64,000 nt of DNA, taken from Malacoraja senta (taxonomy: Eukaryota). Each line of letters opens with the position of its first letter. Positions within the stretch are counted from its first letter, which is position 1. Both the position numbers and the translations under genes were made by a program. Shown one piece after another: positions 15,001-27,003 of this stretch. The stretch spans positions 310,001 through 374,000 of the forward strand of contig JAXLNO010000529.1 of NCBI GenBank assembly GCA_038087875.1, in the 5' to 3' direction. The notes below the pieces were generated by a model. It was not told the DNA's origin, did no database searches, and saw only the letters and a list, made by a program, of their open reading frames with translations.

Positions 15001-16682
15001 TGTGTGGGACTGTGGGGACTCTTTGGGGACTGTGTGGGACTGTGGGGGACTGTGTGGGACTGTGTGGGACTGTGGGGACTGTGGGGACTGTGTGGGACTG
15101 TGTGGGGACTGTGTGGGGACTGTGTGGGGACTGTGGGGACTGCGTGGGACTGTGTGGGGACTGTGGGACTGTGTGAGACTGTGTGGGGACTGTGGGGAAT
15201 GTGTGGGACTGTGTGGACTGTGTGGGACTGTGGGGGACTGTGGGACTGTGTGGGACTGTGGGGACTCTTTGGGGACTGTGTGGGACTGTGGGGGACTGTG
15301 TGGGACTGTGTGGGACTGTGGGGACTGTGGGGACTGTGGGGACTGTGTGGGACTGTGGGGGACTGTGGGACTGTGTGGGACTCTGGGGACTGTGTGGGAC
15401 TGTGGGGGACTGTGGGGACGGTGGGACTGTGGGGACTGTGTGGGACTGTGGGGACTGTGTGGGGACTGCGTGGGACTGTGGGGGACTGTGGGGACTGTGT
15501 GGGACTGTGGGGGACTGTGTGGGACTGTGGGGACTGTGTGGGACTGTGTGGGACTGTGGGGACTGTGTGGGACTGTGGGGACTGTGTGGGACTGTGTGGG
15601 ACTGTGGGGACTGTGTGGGGACTGTGGGGACTGTGTGGGACTGTGTGGGACTGTGGGACTGTGTGGGACTGTGGGGACTGTGTGGGACTGTGTGGGGACT
15701 GTGGGCACTGTGGGGTTGTGGGGACTGTGGGGACTGTGGGGTTGTGGGGACTGTGGGCACTGTGGGGACTGTGGGGGACTGTGGGACTGTGGGGTTGTGG
15801 GGACTGTGGGCACTGTGGGGTTGTGGGGACTGTGGGCACTGTGGGGACTGTGGGGGACTGTGGGGACTGTGGGGTTGTGGGACTGTGGGGACTGTGGGGT
15901 TGTGGGGACTGTGGGGACTGTGGGGTTGTGGGGACTGTGGGGACTGTGGGGTTGTGGGGACTGTGGGGTTGTGGGGACTGTGGGACTGGGGCCTGTGGGG
16001 TTGTGGGGTTGTGGGGACTGTGGGGTTGTGGGGACTGTGGGGACTGTGGGACTGTGGGACTTGGGGGACTGTGGGCACTGTGGGGTTGTGGGACTGTGGG
16101 GGCTGTGGGACTTTGGGGGGTTGTGGGACTGTGGGGACTGTGGGGTTGTGGGGACTGTGGGCACTGTGGGGTTGTGGGCACTGTGGGGGACTGTGGGGCC
16201 TGTGGGACTGTGGGGACTGTGGGGGCCTGTGGGGACTGTGGGCACTGTGGGGACTGTGGGGGCCTGTGGGACTGTGGGGGCTGTGGGCACTATGGGGACT
16301 GTGGGGTTGTGGGCACTGTGGGGACTGTGGGGAATGTGTGGGACTGTGGGGCCTGTGGGGACTGTGTGGGACTGTGGGGTTGGGGGGCTGTGGGGACTGT
16401 GTGGGGACAGTGTGGGGACTGTGTAACTGTGGGGACTGTGGGGTTGTGGGGACTGTGGGGACTGTGGGGTTGGGGGGTTGTGGGGACTGTGTGGGGACTG
16501 TAGGCCTGTGGGACTGTGGGCACTGTGGGGTTGTGGGCACTGTGGGGACTGTGGGGCTGTGGGGGCTGTGGGCCTGTGGGGACTGTGGCCTGTGGGGGTT
16601 GTGGGACTAGGGGACTGTGAGGAACTGTGGGACTGTGGGGGGCTGTGTGGGGACTGGGACTCTGGGGGCTGTGGGACTGTGG
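1..16682 (+). repeat. G-rich satellite/minisatellite of 8-11 bp variant units (ACTGTGGG, ACTGTGGGG, ACTGTGTGGG, ACTGTGTGGGG, with GGGGTTGT and GGGCACTGT variants); runs off the window start
   Basis: Continuous tandem units visible directly. The + strand is extremely G-rich and unique sequence begins at about 16683. Confidence 0.98.
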
Positions 16683-17570
16683 CGTTGCACGTAAGGTCAC
16701 CGGGTCAAAGGGCATGACGCATGGAGCCGCTCTGGAGGACATCGCAGCTTCTGGTAGATGTTGTTAATACATGAAACGCGTACTTTCCTACCTGTTAAAC
16801 ACCTCCAAAATGTTGAATTTTTTGCGCTGTAAATAATTGTGGAAGTTGGGGTAACCGTGAGAGACATCTATCATACTTCAGAATTCCAAAAGTGAAGCGA
16901 AATGAAGGTAAAATAGCGAGCGCTGAAGGGACAACAACAGCTAAAGTGCTTGCCGAACATTGGCCGTGCAGATATCGAGAATTGAAAACATTGGGATTTA
17001 TCGCCTTTGCTCACTGCATTTCATCAACAGTAAGGCATTATTTGTGTTTTTTCTTGATTCCTTTGGTATCTAAAAAGTCTCAGAAGTGATAAATCTCGCT
17101 GTAAATTTTGCTTCAGAGGCGTTTTCTTTTTGTATGTAAAAACTCACTTGAGAACCATGGGCGATTTAAAATTTTACAGCCAGATTTATCACTTGTGAAA
17201 CTTTTTAGATGCCAAAGGAATCAAGAAAAAACACAAATAATTCCTTAGTTGATGAAATGCAGTGAGCAAACGGCCAATGTTCGCCAAGCACTTTAGCTGT
17301 TGTTGTCCCTTCAGCTCTCGCTTCTCTTTACCTTCATTTCTCCTCACTTTTGGAATTCTGAAGTAGGATAAATGTCTCTCACGCTTATCCCGATTTCCAT
17401 AATTATTTACAGCGCAAAAAGTGACCATTTCGGTGGGTTTTAACGGGCCCGCTACGCTGGAAACAATGGTCAGTGATTACCTGCCGTTCATCGCGTGTAA
17501 TCCACTTGGCGTTAGCGTAGCAACAGTACGGGTCATGGGTCGTGACCCGACTGCCGTCAAACTTCCCTAT
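16683..17570. mobile_element. Non-autonomous DNA transposon-like element, copy 1, with two inverted THAP-domain arms (possibly ISL2EU/PIF-Harbinger group)
   Basis: Arms ~16794-17109 and ~17169-17443 are reverse complements. Both translate to THAP-like M..FCAVNN(C)...YFRIPKV...CSLHF. Right end is ...AACTTCCCTAT. A second copy starts at 36366. Confidence 0.75.
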
Positions 17571-18202
17571 AGCGGATGATCTCTGCTGCCGACCTCTCTG
17601 GCCTCCCGCGGGGGAGGGGGGGGATACTCGGGTGGGGACGGGACAGCGCTGGAGACCTGGCCGGGATCGATCCTTTGTATATTGTATTGTATTGTAATTC
17701 TTTATTGTCATTTCCTGAGTATTCGCATACGCAGAGGAAACAAAAAAACGTTCCTCAACCAGTGTCCATTTCAGTGTGCAGTAAAAAATAAATAGAAGTA
17801 AAAATACATATATCATGAACAAATCCTGCCTGCGGTGGAAGCGCAGGTCTATGCCACGTCTCCCTCCTCCAATCACCACACTCTATCCTCAGTCCCACCC
17901 CCCCCCCCACTACTCCCTCCTCCAATCACCGCACTCTATCCTCAGTCACACCCCCCCTCCCTCCTCCAATCATCACGCTGAATTATCATGTCCCGCCCCA
18001 TTGCCTGCTGACCGACGTCTCTCTCGTCCAATTGCCCCCCTCCCTCGATCTCCAGTCCCGCCTCCACTGCCTCGCGCAAAGCGGAGATTTCACCGGGTTT
18101 TAAAATCCGGATTACAAAAACTTGGGGGGGGGATGTCCCCCACCTCACAAAACGATCTCCAGTCCCGTCCCCTCTGCCCCCCTCCCCGGGTTTCCGCCCC
18201 TG
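17571..18202 (-). mobile_element. Partial hAT-like MITE, same family as 31108-31729, interrupted by a short LINE 3' tail (~17675-17822)
   Basis: Homologous to 31108-31420 in reverse orientation and ends in TTTCCGCCCCTG. The insert has a (TTGTA)n tail, is flanked by ATCCT repeats and is absent from the paralog at 45188-45658. Confidence 0.7.
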
Positions 18203-18285
18203 CGTTTGGTGGAGCGGGCCGAGGCCCCCCTAGATCTCGAGGCCCTAAGCTTAAGCTTGTCCTGGCTCATACGTAAATCCGGCCC

Positions 18286-18612
18286 TGGTGGGAGGACATA
18301 ACACTGAACTTTACTAGCCAATACTGTTATTTGCACTTTATCAGTATATTGACCATTGTGTATATATTTATAGAATGCCTTGTAGTAAATGCCTACTATG
18401 TTCTGTTGTGCTCAAGCAAAGCAAGAATTTCATTGTCCTACCAGGGACACATGACAATAAACTCACTTGACTTGAAACCGGAGAGCCCGGAGAAAACCCA
18501 CGCAGGTCAAGGGGAGAGAGAACGTGCAAACTCCGTACAGACAGCGCCCGTGGTTGGGATGGAACCCGGGGTCTCTGGCGCCGTGAGGCGGCAACTCCAC
18601 CGCTGGCCGTCG
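18286..18612 (-). mobile_element. HE1-type tRNA-derived V-SINE 5' part, interrupted by a Rex1/Babar 3' UTR fragment (~18295-18474, + strand)
   Basis: GGGAGGA...AACCGGAG..CCCGGAGAAAACCCACGCAGGTCA..CAAACTCCGTACAGACAGC is the V-SINE core. The insert matches the Rex 3' UTR at 32670-32860 and is absent from the paralog at 45740-45885. Confidence 0.75.
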
Positions 18613-18639
18613 TGATGACCAGAGAGGGAGGGAGAGGTG

Positions 18640-18992
18640 AATACTTCTCTCTCCCTCGTCCCTCTCTTCCTCTCTTCCCTCTCCTCCCTATCTTCCTCTC
18701 TCTCCCCTCCTCCCCCCTCTTCCTCTCTCCCTCTCTCCCTTCAAAACGTTCTCAAAACTTGTCAAAAGTCTCCCAAACTTTCTCTCACTCATTCCCTCTC
18801 TCCATCCCTCCCTCCCTCTCTCCCTCTCCCTCCCCCCCTCTCTCCCTCTCCCTCCCTCTCTCCCCTATCCCTCTCTTCCCTCTCTCCTTCAAAACGTTCT
18901 CAAACTTTCTCCAAACTTTCTCTAAACTTTCTCAAAACTCTCCCAAACTTTCTCTCACACTCATTCCCTCCCTTCCTCCCTTCCTCCCTCCC

Positions 18993-19053
<61 letters not shown>

Positions 19054-19101
19054 CCTCTCTGCCTCTCTCCTCCCTCCCTCCCTCCCTCCCTCCCTCTCTC
19101 C

Positions 19102-19173
<72 letters not shown>

Positions 19174-19345
19174 CCCTCTCTCCCCTCTCTTCCCTCACTC
19201 CCCTCTCTTCCCTCTCTTCCCTCAAAAGTTTCTCAAAAGTTTCTCAAAAGTTTCTCAAAACTCTCCCAAACCTTTCCCTCACCCTCATTCCCTCCCTCTC
19301 TCCCTCCCTCTCTCCTTCCCCCTCCTTTTTCCTCTCCTTCCCACC
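18640..19345. repeat. CT-rich low-complexity tract with interspersed CAAAA(C/G)TTTCT motifs
   Basis: Polypyrimidine tract seen directly; paralog at 45920-46320. Confidence 0.9.
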
Positions 19346-19349
19346 ATCA

Positions 19350-19880
19350 ATGCACCAAAAAAAAAAAACAGCCCGGAACCAACATTCGGCATTTCGCCCT
19401 CCACCCGGACGCGTGAGACCCCCGTCCCGCTTTGCCATTGCCGGGAATGCAGCTGTGTAGAGCAGGTAAAGATAAAAATCGCTGCCATGCAGCGGGGGAG
19501 GCAGCAATGCAGCCAGTGATGCATGCATTCCCTTTAATTCACCAGGGGGAGCATGCACAGGCGCTGGCAAGCGGTTCCCCACACTTTACAACTCACACTA
19601 CATCCACACTTAATGTGACCCTTGCAGCCGATTTCTGTCTCATTTCCAAACCATTTGCCCCCAAAACTCCCCCAAAGTCACCAAACCGACCTTGCGGACA
19701 ATGGGGTGGATGCGGGGAGCCCGGGAGCGTCTGGAAAAAGGCCCTTCGGCCCATTTCACACCTGCTAGCCCACACTTGGAATTGTCTGCATTGGACCTTT
19801 CTGAATTTGTAGTCAGCAGGGCAGTTCTCTGCATATCGCCAACTTACCCGAGTCCACTCCGCCTTGCAACCATGGCTGAC
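19350..19880. repeat. Interspersed repeat, probably a DNA-transposon MITE fragment
   Basis: Near-identical paralog at 46325-46905. It ends TTGCAACCATG, which resembles a hAT-type terminus. Confidence 0.45.
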
Positions 19881-20183
19881 CTATCTCCCCTCTCTTCCCA
19901 CCTCTCTCTCTCTCCCCCTCTCTCTCTCTCTCCCCCCCTCCTCCTCTCCCCTCTCTCCCCCTCCCCTCTCTCTCCCCTCTCTCCCCCTCTCCCCTCCCCC
20001 TTGCTCTCTCCCCCTCTCTCTCCCCCCTCTCCCCCTCATTTCCCATCTCCCCCTCTCTCTCCCCCCTCTCTCTCACCCTCTCCCTCTCTCTCACCTCTCC
20101 CTCCCTCCCTCCCCCTCTCTGCGTCTCTCTTCCCTCCCTCTCTCCCCCTCTCTGCCTCTCTCTCTCCCCCTCTTCCTCTCCTC

Positions 20184-20221
<38 letters not shown>

Positions 20222-20300
20222 CCCCTCTCCTCCCCCTCTCTCTCTCCCCTGTCTCCCCCTCCCTCTCTGCCCCTCTCTCTCTCCCTCTCCCTCCATCCCT
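19880..20300. repeat. CT-rich low-complexity tract
   Basis: Seen directly; paralog at 46905-47228. Confidence 0.9.
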
Positions 20301-20302
20301 AA

Positions 20303-21058
20303 TGAGACCACACCTGGAGTATTGTGTGCAGTTTTGGCCTGTTGGCCTTCATAACAAGAGGAGTTGAGTATCAAGTCAAGTCAAGTCACATTTATTTAAT
20401 ATAGCACATTTAAAAACACCTCTCGTTGGCCAAAGTGCTTTACATTTTGTATAGGAGCAAAGAGGTCCTTCTGCAGTTGTACAGGGCCCTGATGAGACCA
20501 CACCTGGAGTATTGAGTGCAGTTTTGGCCTGTTGGCCTTCATAACAAGAGGAGTTGAGTATAGGAGCAAAGAGGTCCTTCTGCAGTTGTACAGGGCCCTG
20601 GTGAGACCACACCTGGAGTATTGTGTGCAGTTTTGGCCTGTTGGCCTTCATAACAAGAGGAGTTGAGTATAGGAGCAAAGAGGTCCTTCTGCAGTTGTAC
20701 AGGGCCCTGGTGAGACCACACCTGGAGTATTGTGTGCAGTTTTGGCCGGTTGGCCTTCATAACAAGAGGAGTTGAGTATAGGAGCAAAGAGGTCCTTCTG
20801 CAGTTGTACAGGGCCCTGGTGAGACCACACCTGGAGTATTGTGTGCAGTTTTAGCCTGTTGGCCTTCATAACAAGAGGAGTTGAGTATAGGAGCAAAGAG
20901 GTCCTTCTGCAGTTGTACAGGGCCCTGGTGAGACCACACCTGGAGTATTGTGTGCAGTTTTGGCCTGTTGGCCTTCATAACAAGAGGAGTTGAGTATAGG
21001 AGCAAAGAGGTCCTTCTGCAGTTGTACAGGCCCTGGTGAGACCACACCTGGAGTATTC
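20303..21058 (+). repeat. 109-bp tandem repeat (~6 units) derived from CR1 ORF2
   Basis: Period 109 (ORF-track ends 20539/20648/20757/20866/20975). The unit encodes [35 protein letters not shown]. The first unit is interrupted by an ~80 bp LINE tail beginning (TCAAG)n at 20371-20450. Confidence 0.93.
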
Positions 21059-21190
21059 CATCCGCAGTTCACACTTCAAATTAAGTGGGCTTGAGGAAGC
21101 CACTGATTGGTGGAAACGGACTAGGGTAAGCCGCTGATTGGCTTGTACCCAGGGTAAGGCTTTGTATTGTATCCAGGGTAAGGGGGGAGA

Positions 21191-22123
21191 ATGAGGGCCA
21201 GGGCAGTTTACTGTTCTGAATGTCAGATGTGGGAGATCATGGAGTCTGATAGCCCTCCAGACGTCCACATCTGCGCCAGGTGTGTCCAGATGGCTCCTAA
21301 GGGACCGTTTTAAGAACCTGAGCAGCAGCTCGATGACCTCTGTCTGATCAGGGAGAGTGAGGAGGTTATAGAAAGGAGTTACAGGGAGGTGGTCACTCCA
21401 AGACCACGGAAGGCAGACAAGTGGGTCATTGTTAGGAAGGGCAATAGGCAGAGGCAAGGACTAGTGAGTACCCCAGTGGCTGTACACCTTGAAAATAAGT
21501 ACTCATGTTTGAGTACGGTTGGGGGGGACAGCCTATCTGGGGGTAGCGACAGCGGCCGGGCCTCCGGTACAGAGACCGGCCCTGTTGCTCAGAAGGGTAG
21601 GGAAAAGAAGAGGAGGGCAATAGTAATAGGGGACTCTATAGTTAGGGGGTCAGATAGGCGATTCTGTGGACGCAGTCAGGAGACCCGGATGGTAATTTGC
21701 CTCCCTGGTGCCAGGGTCAGGGATGTGTCTCAACGCGTCCAAGATATCCTGAAATCGGAGGGAGAGGAGCCTGAGGTCGTGGTAGATATAGGTACCAATG
21801 ACATAGGCAGATAGAGAGAAGAGGTCCTGAAAGGAGAATTTAGGGAGTTGGGAGGAGAGTTAAGGAGAAGGACCGTAAAAGTAACAATCTCAGGATTATT
21901 ACCTGTGCCACGAGACAGTGAGAGTAGGAATGGAATGAGGTGGAGGATAAATGCGTGGCTGAGGGACTGGTGCAGTGGGCAGGGATTCAAGTTTCTGGAT
22001 CATTGGGACCTCTTTTGGGGAAGGTGTGACCTGTACAAAAAGGACGGGTTGCACTTGAACCCGAGGGGAACCAATATCCTGGCGGGGAGATTTGCAAAGG
22101 CAACTGGGGATACTTTAAACTAG
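21191..22123 (+). pseudogene. CR1 ORF1 (N-terminal CxxC zinc finger plus SGNH/GDSL esterase), frameshifted
   Basis: AVYCSEC..., VIGDSIVR, CLPGARVRDV, GTND and DGLHLN motifs across ORFs 21389-21814 and 21848-22123. Confidence 0.88.
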
Positions 22124-22128
22124 AACGG

Positions 22129-25100
22129 TTGGGGGGAGGGACTCGAATAGGGAAAGCTAGTAGTCAGGGTGTGAGGCAGGAGGCAGAGAAAGGAAGGACT
22201 CGGACCCAAAATGCAGGGGAGAAAGAAGAAAAAGATAATAAACAGAGAATAAGTGATGGTGGGTTTCTTAAATGTGTATATTTTAATGCTAGGAGCATTG
22301 TAAGAAAGGTGGATGAGCTTAGAGCCTGGATTGACACCTGGAAGTATGATGTTGTGGCGATCAGTGAAACATGGTTGCAGGAGGGCTGTGAGTGGAAAGT
22401 AAATATTCCAGGATTTCGTTGCTTTAGGTGTGATAGAGTTGGAGGGGCAAGAGGTGGGGGTGTTGCATTGCTTGTCAAGGAAGATATTACAGCAGTGCTT
22501 TGGCAGGATAGATTAGAGGGCTCGTCTAGGGAGTCTATTTGGGTGGAACTGAGAAATGGGAAAGGGGTAGCAACACTTATAGGGGTGTATTATAGACCGT
22601 CTAATGGAGAGCGAGAATTGAAAGAGCAAATATGTAAGGAGATAGCAGATATTAGTAGTAAGCACAAGATAGTGATTGTGGAAGATTTCAATTTTCCACA
22701 CATAGACTGGGAAACACATTCTGTAAAAGGGCTGGATGGTTTGGAGTTTGTAAAATATGTGCAGGATAGTTTTTTGCAGCAATACATAGAGGTACCTACA
22801 AGAGAAGGGGCAGTGCTGGACCTCCTGTTAGGAAATGAGACAAGGCAGGTGGCGGAGGTATGCATTGGCGAGCACTTTGGGTCCAGTGATCACAATACTA
22901 TTAGTTTCAATATAATTATGGAGAGGGTCAGAACTGGACCTAAGGTTGAGATTTTTGACTGGAGAAAGGCTAACTTTGAGGAGATGCGAAAGGATTTAAA
23001 AGGAATGAATTGGGACATGTTGTTTTATGGGAAGGATGTAGTAGAGAAATGGAGGACATTTAAAGGTGAAATTTTAAGAGTACAGAATCTTTATGTCCCT
23101 GTTCGGTTGAAAGGAAATAGTAAAAATTGGAAAGAGCCATGGTTTTCAAGGGAAATTGGACACTTGGTTCTGAAAAAGAGAGAGAGCTACAATAATTATA
23201 GGCGGCATGGAGTAAATGAGGTGCTGCAGGAGTATAAAGAATGTAAAAAGAATATTAAGAAAGAAATTAGAAAAGCTAAAAGAAGATATTAGGTTGCTTT
23301 GGCAAGTAAGGTGAAAGTAAACCCAAAGGGTTTCTACAGCTATATTAATAGCAAAAGGATAACAAGGAATAATATTGGTCCATTAGAGAGTCAGGGTGGA
23401 CAGCTATCTGCAGAGCCAAAAGAGATGGGGGAGATATTGAACAATTTATTTTCTTCGGTATTCACCATGGAGAAGGATATTGAATTATGTGAGGTAAGGG
23501 AAACGAGCAGAGTAGCAATGGAAACTATGAGATTCAAAGAAGAGGACGTGTGGACACTTTTGAAAAATATGAAAACGGATAAGTCTCCAGGTCCTGACAG
23601 GATATTCCCTAGGACATTGAGGGAAGTTAGTGTAGAAATAGCAGGGGCTATGACAGAAATATTTCAAATGTCATTAGAAACGGGAATAGTGCCGGAGGAT
23701 TGGCGTACTGCGCATGTTGTTCCATTGTTTAAAAAGGGTTCTAAGAGTAAACCTAGCAATTATAGACCTGTTAGTTTGACGTCAGTGGTGGGCAAATTAA
23801 TGGAAAGGATACTTAGGGATAATATATATAAGCATCTGGATAAACAGGGTCTGATTAAGAACAGTCAACATGGATTTGTGCCTGGAAGGTCATGTTTGAC
23901 TAATGTTCTTGAATTTTTCGAAGAGGTTACTAGGGAAATTGCAGTGGATGTTGTCTATATGGACTTCAGTAAGGCCTTTGACAAGGTTCCTCATGGAAGG
24001 TTGGTTAAGAAGATTCAATTGTTGGGTATTAATGGTGGAGTAGCAAGATGGATTCAACAGTGGCTGAATGGGAGATGCCAGAGAGTAATGGTGGATGGCT
24101 TTGTCAGGTTGGAGGCCGGTGACTAGTGGGGTGCCTCAGGGGTCTGTGTTGGGTCCACTGTTGTTTGTCATGTACATCAATGATCTGGATGATGGTGTGG
24201 AAAATTGGATTAGTAAGTATGCAGATAATACTAAGATAGGTGGTGTTGTGGATAATGAAGTAGATTTTTTTTTAATTTTTATTTTTTATTTTTATTTCGA
24301 ACGATCAAAAAAAGAAGAAAAGAAAAGATGATAATGAACAATAAACAAAGGAAAACCATACACATACATATATACATACACAAACACATACACACATACA
24401 TACATATACATGTACATATACACACACATACACACACATATACACACACACACACACAACACACACGTACATACATAAATTAAAAAATCAAAAGCCAATT
24501 TCAACATAATACATATTAGACTCGTTCGAAAAGGGATAGAAAGAAGCCTATGCTTGTCAAGTCCTAGCCCCATTCTTCACCATTAACAAATGCAAAATTC
24601 AATAAAATAAACTAAACAGACAATTCAAATAAAACATACTCCAATCAAGCTATTAAGAAAAAAAGAATAAAAAAAGAAAAGAACAAAAAGAACAAGCACC
24701 ATTAACATCTGTGAGATTTACATTCTCCTTCCTCATTACTGTACTTTTCAAAGATATATCTTTTGTACATTTTTTTAAATTGCATTATATTCATACTTTG
24801 TTTAATCGTTTCGTCAAGACCATTCCACAAAACCACCCCCCAAATGGAAATACACATACTTTTTAAATTGGTCCGAGCATAATGCTGTTTCAAGTTTAGT
24901 TTCCCTCTAAAGTTATAACCCCCCTCTCTGTCTTTGAACAGTTTTTGTATGTTTACAGGTAGCAGTTTATTTTTTGCTTTATAAATTATTTGTGCAGTCT
25001 TCAATTCTACCAGATCCTTAATCTTTAAGGTGTGTAATTTTAAATACAGTATATTAGTGTGTTCATGATATACTACATTGTTTACTATACGAATAGCTCT

Positions 25101-26923
25101 TTTTTGTAGTGTGCTTAGTGATTGTAAGGTGGTTTTGTAGGTGTTGCCCCATACTTCCACACAGTAATTTAAATATGGTAACACAAGTGAGCTGTACAGA
25201 ATATACAGTGCTCTCTCATTCAAAACATGCCTTGCTTTCCCCATCACTCCAATACTCCGTGCTACTTTTGCTCTCACGTGTTTTATATGGGGTTTCCAGC
25301 TGATTTTGTGATCAAGAATCACACCCAGAAATGTATTTTCATACACTCTTTCTATTTCAACATTATTTATCATTACTTTTACTTGTGTATTTATTTTGCG
25401 TTTTCCAAACAGCATAAGTTTGGTTTTGTTTAAATTTAATGATAATTTATTCAAATCAAACCATGTTTTTAGTTTACTCATTTCTGCTGTGACCACCTCC
25501 AAAAGCTGCTGCAAATTGTCCCCATCACAGAAAATATTAGTGTCATCTGCACATAACACAAATTTCAAGAGGTTTGACACCCTACATATATCATTAATAT
25601 ACAAAATAAATAATTTGGGGCCCAAAACCGACCCCTGTGGGACTCCACAAGTTATTTCTAAGCAACTTGATTTGCAGTCCCCTATTTGCACAAACTGATG
25701 TATTTTACTTATGTAGCTTCTCATCCACTCTAGTACAACCCCTCTGATTCCATACTTTTCCAGTTTTTTGATTAGCAAATGATGATCAATTGTATCGAAT
25801 GCTTTTTTCAAATCTATAAATACACCCACTGCATATTTCTTGTTATCTATAGAACTGGTAATGTCTTCAATTAACTCCATTAATGCCATGGTTGTCGATC
25901 TGTTTGACCTGAATCCATATTGACTATGAACTAGCAATTCATGCTTCTCGATAAAGTTATCTAATCTACTTACATATAGTTTTTCTAATATTTTTGAGAA
26001 CTGAGAGAGTAACGACACCGGCCCGTAATTTGCAAATTGATTTCTGTCTCCAGCTTTGTATAGTAGGATGACTTTGGCAGTTTTCATTTTACATGGAAAT
26101 ACACCAGTTTTGAAAGATAAATTGCAAATTTTCAAAGTCTACAGAGAGATTTAGGCCATTTGGAAGAATGGGCTGAAAGATGGCAGATGGAGTTTAATGC
26201 TGATAAATGTGAGGTGCTACATCTTGGCAGGACAAATCAAAATAGGACGTACATGGTAAATGGTAGCGAATTGAGGAATGCAGTTGAACAGAGGGATCTA
26301 GGAATAACTGTGCATAGTTCCCTGAAGGTGGAATCTCATGTAGATAGGGTGGTAAAGAAAGCTTTTGGTGTGCTGGCCTTTATAAATCAGAGCATTGAGT
26401 ATAGAAGTTAGGATGTAATGTTAAAATTGTACAAGGCATTGGTGAGGCCAATTCTGGAGTATGGAGTACATTTTGGTCACCTAATTATAGGAAGGATGTC
26501 AACAAAATAGAGAGAGTACAGAGGAGATTTACGAGAATGGTGCCTGGGTTTCAGCAATTAAATTACAGAGAAAGGCTGAACAAGTTAGGTCTTTATTCTT
26601 TGGAGCGCAGAAGGTTAAGGGGGGACTTGATAGAGGTCTTTAAAATGATGAGAGGGATAGACAGAGTTGACGTGGATAAGCTTTTCCCATTGAGAGTAGG
26701 TAAGATTCAAACAAGAGGACATGACTTGAGAATTAAGGGACAGATGTTTAGGGGTAACATTAGGGGGAACTTCTTTACTCCGAGAGTGGTAGCTGTGTGG
26801 AATGAGCTTCCAGTGGAAGTGGTGGAGGCAGGTTCGATTTTATTATTTAAAAATAGATTGGATTGGTATATGGATGAGAAAGGAATGGAGGGTTATGGTC
26901 TGAGTGCAGGTAGATGGGACTAG
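22129..26923 (+). pseudogene. CR1 ORF2 (APE endonuclease plus reverse transcriptase), disrupted and split by the insertion at 24268-26132
   Basis: [53 protein letters not shown]; several stops and frameshifts. Confidence 0.93.
24268..26132 (-). mobile_element. 5'-truncated L2/Crack-group LINE (RT C-terminal 477 aa ORF 24702-26135, 3' UTR, A-rich tail)
   Basis: [33 protein letters not shown]. It interrupts the CR1 sequence GAAGTAGATTTT|CAAAGTC, with ATTTT on both sides. Confidence 0.88.
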
Positions 26924-27003
26924 GGGAGAAAAAGTGTTCGGCATGGACTTGAAGGGCCGAGATGGCCTGTTTCCGTGCTGTAATTGTTATATGGTTATAT
27001 GGT

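Larger units (their letters stand above)
21059..27003 (+). mobile_element. Near full-length CR1 LINE (ORF1 and ORF2, both disrupted) with a nested L2/Crack element
   Basis: ORF1 has a zinc finger and esterase, ORF2 has APE and RT motifs, and the 3' tail is (GGTTATAT)n at ~26985-27003. Confidence 0.93.

Noticed and set aside
3..16610. Very long ORFs (up to 2738 aa) rich in G/L/W/C/T/V or P/H/S/Q/T
   Set aside because: They are open in all frames on both strands because the satellite unit has no stop codons; there are no domains or codon structure.
1..16682. Telomeric repeat array
   Set aside because: The unit is GGGACTGT-based, not TTAGGG.
18612..20374. SL/P-rich and RE-rich ORFs (also 28039-28425, 45857-47296, 48130-48791, 53289-53842, 58970-60793)
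   Set aside because: Translations of CT/GA microsatellite tracts.
20303..21058. CRISPR-like regular array
   Set aside because: Units are wholly repeated with no unique spacers, derive from CR1, and the context is vertebrate.
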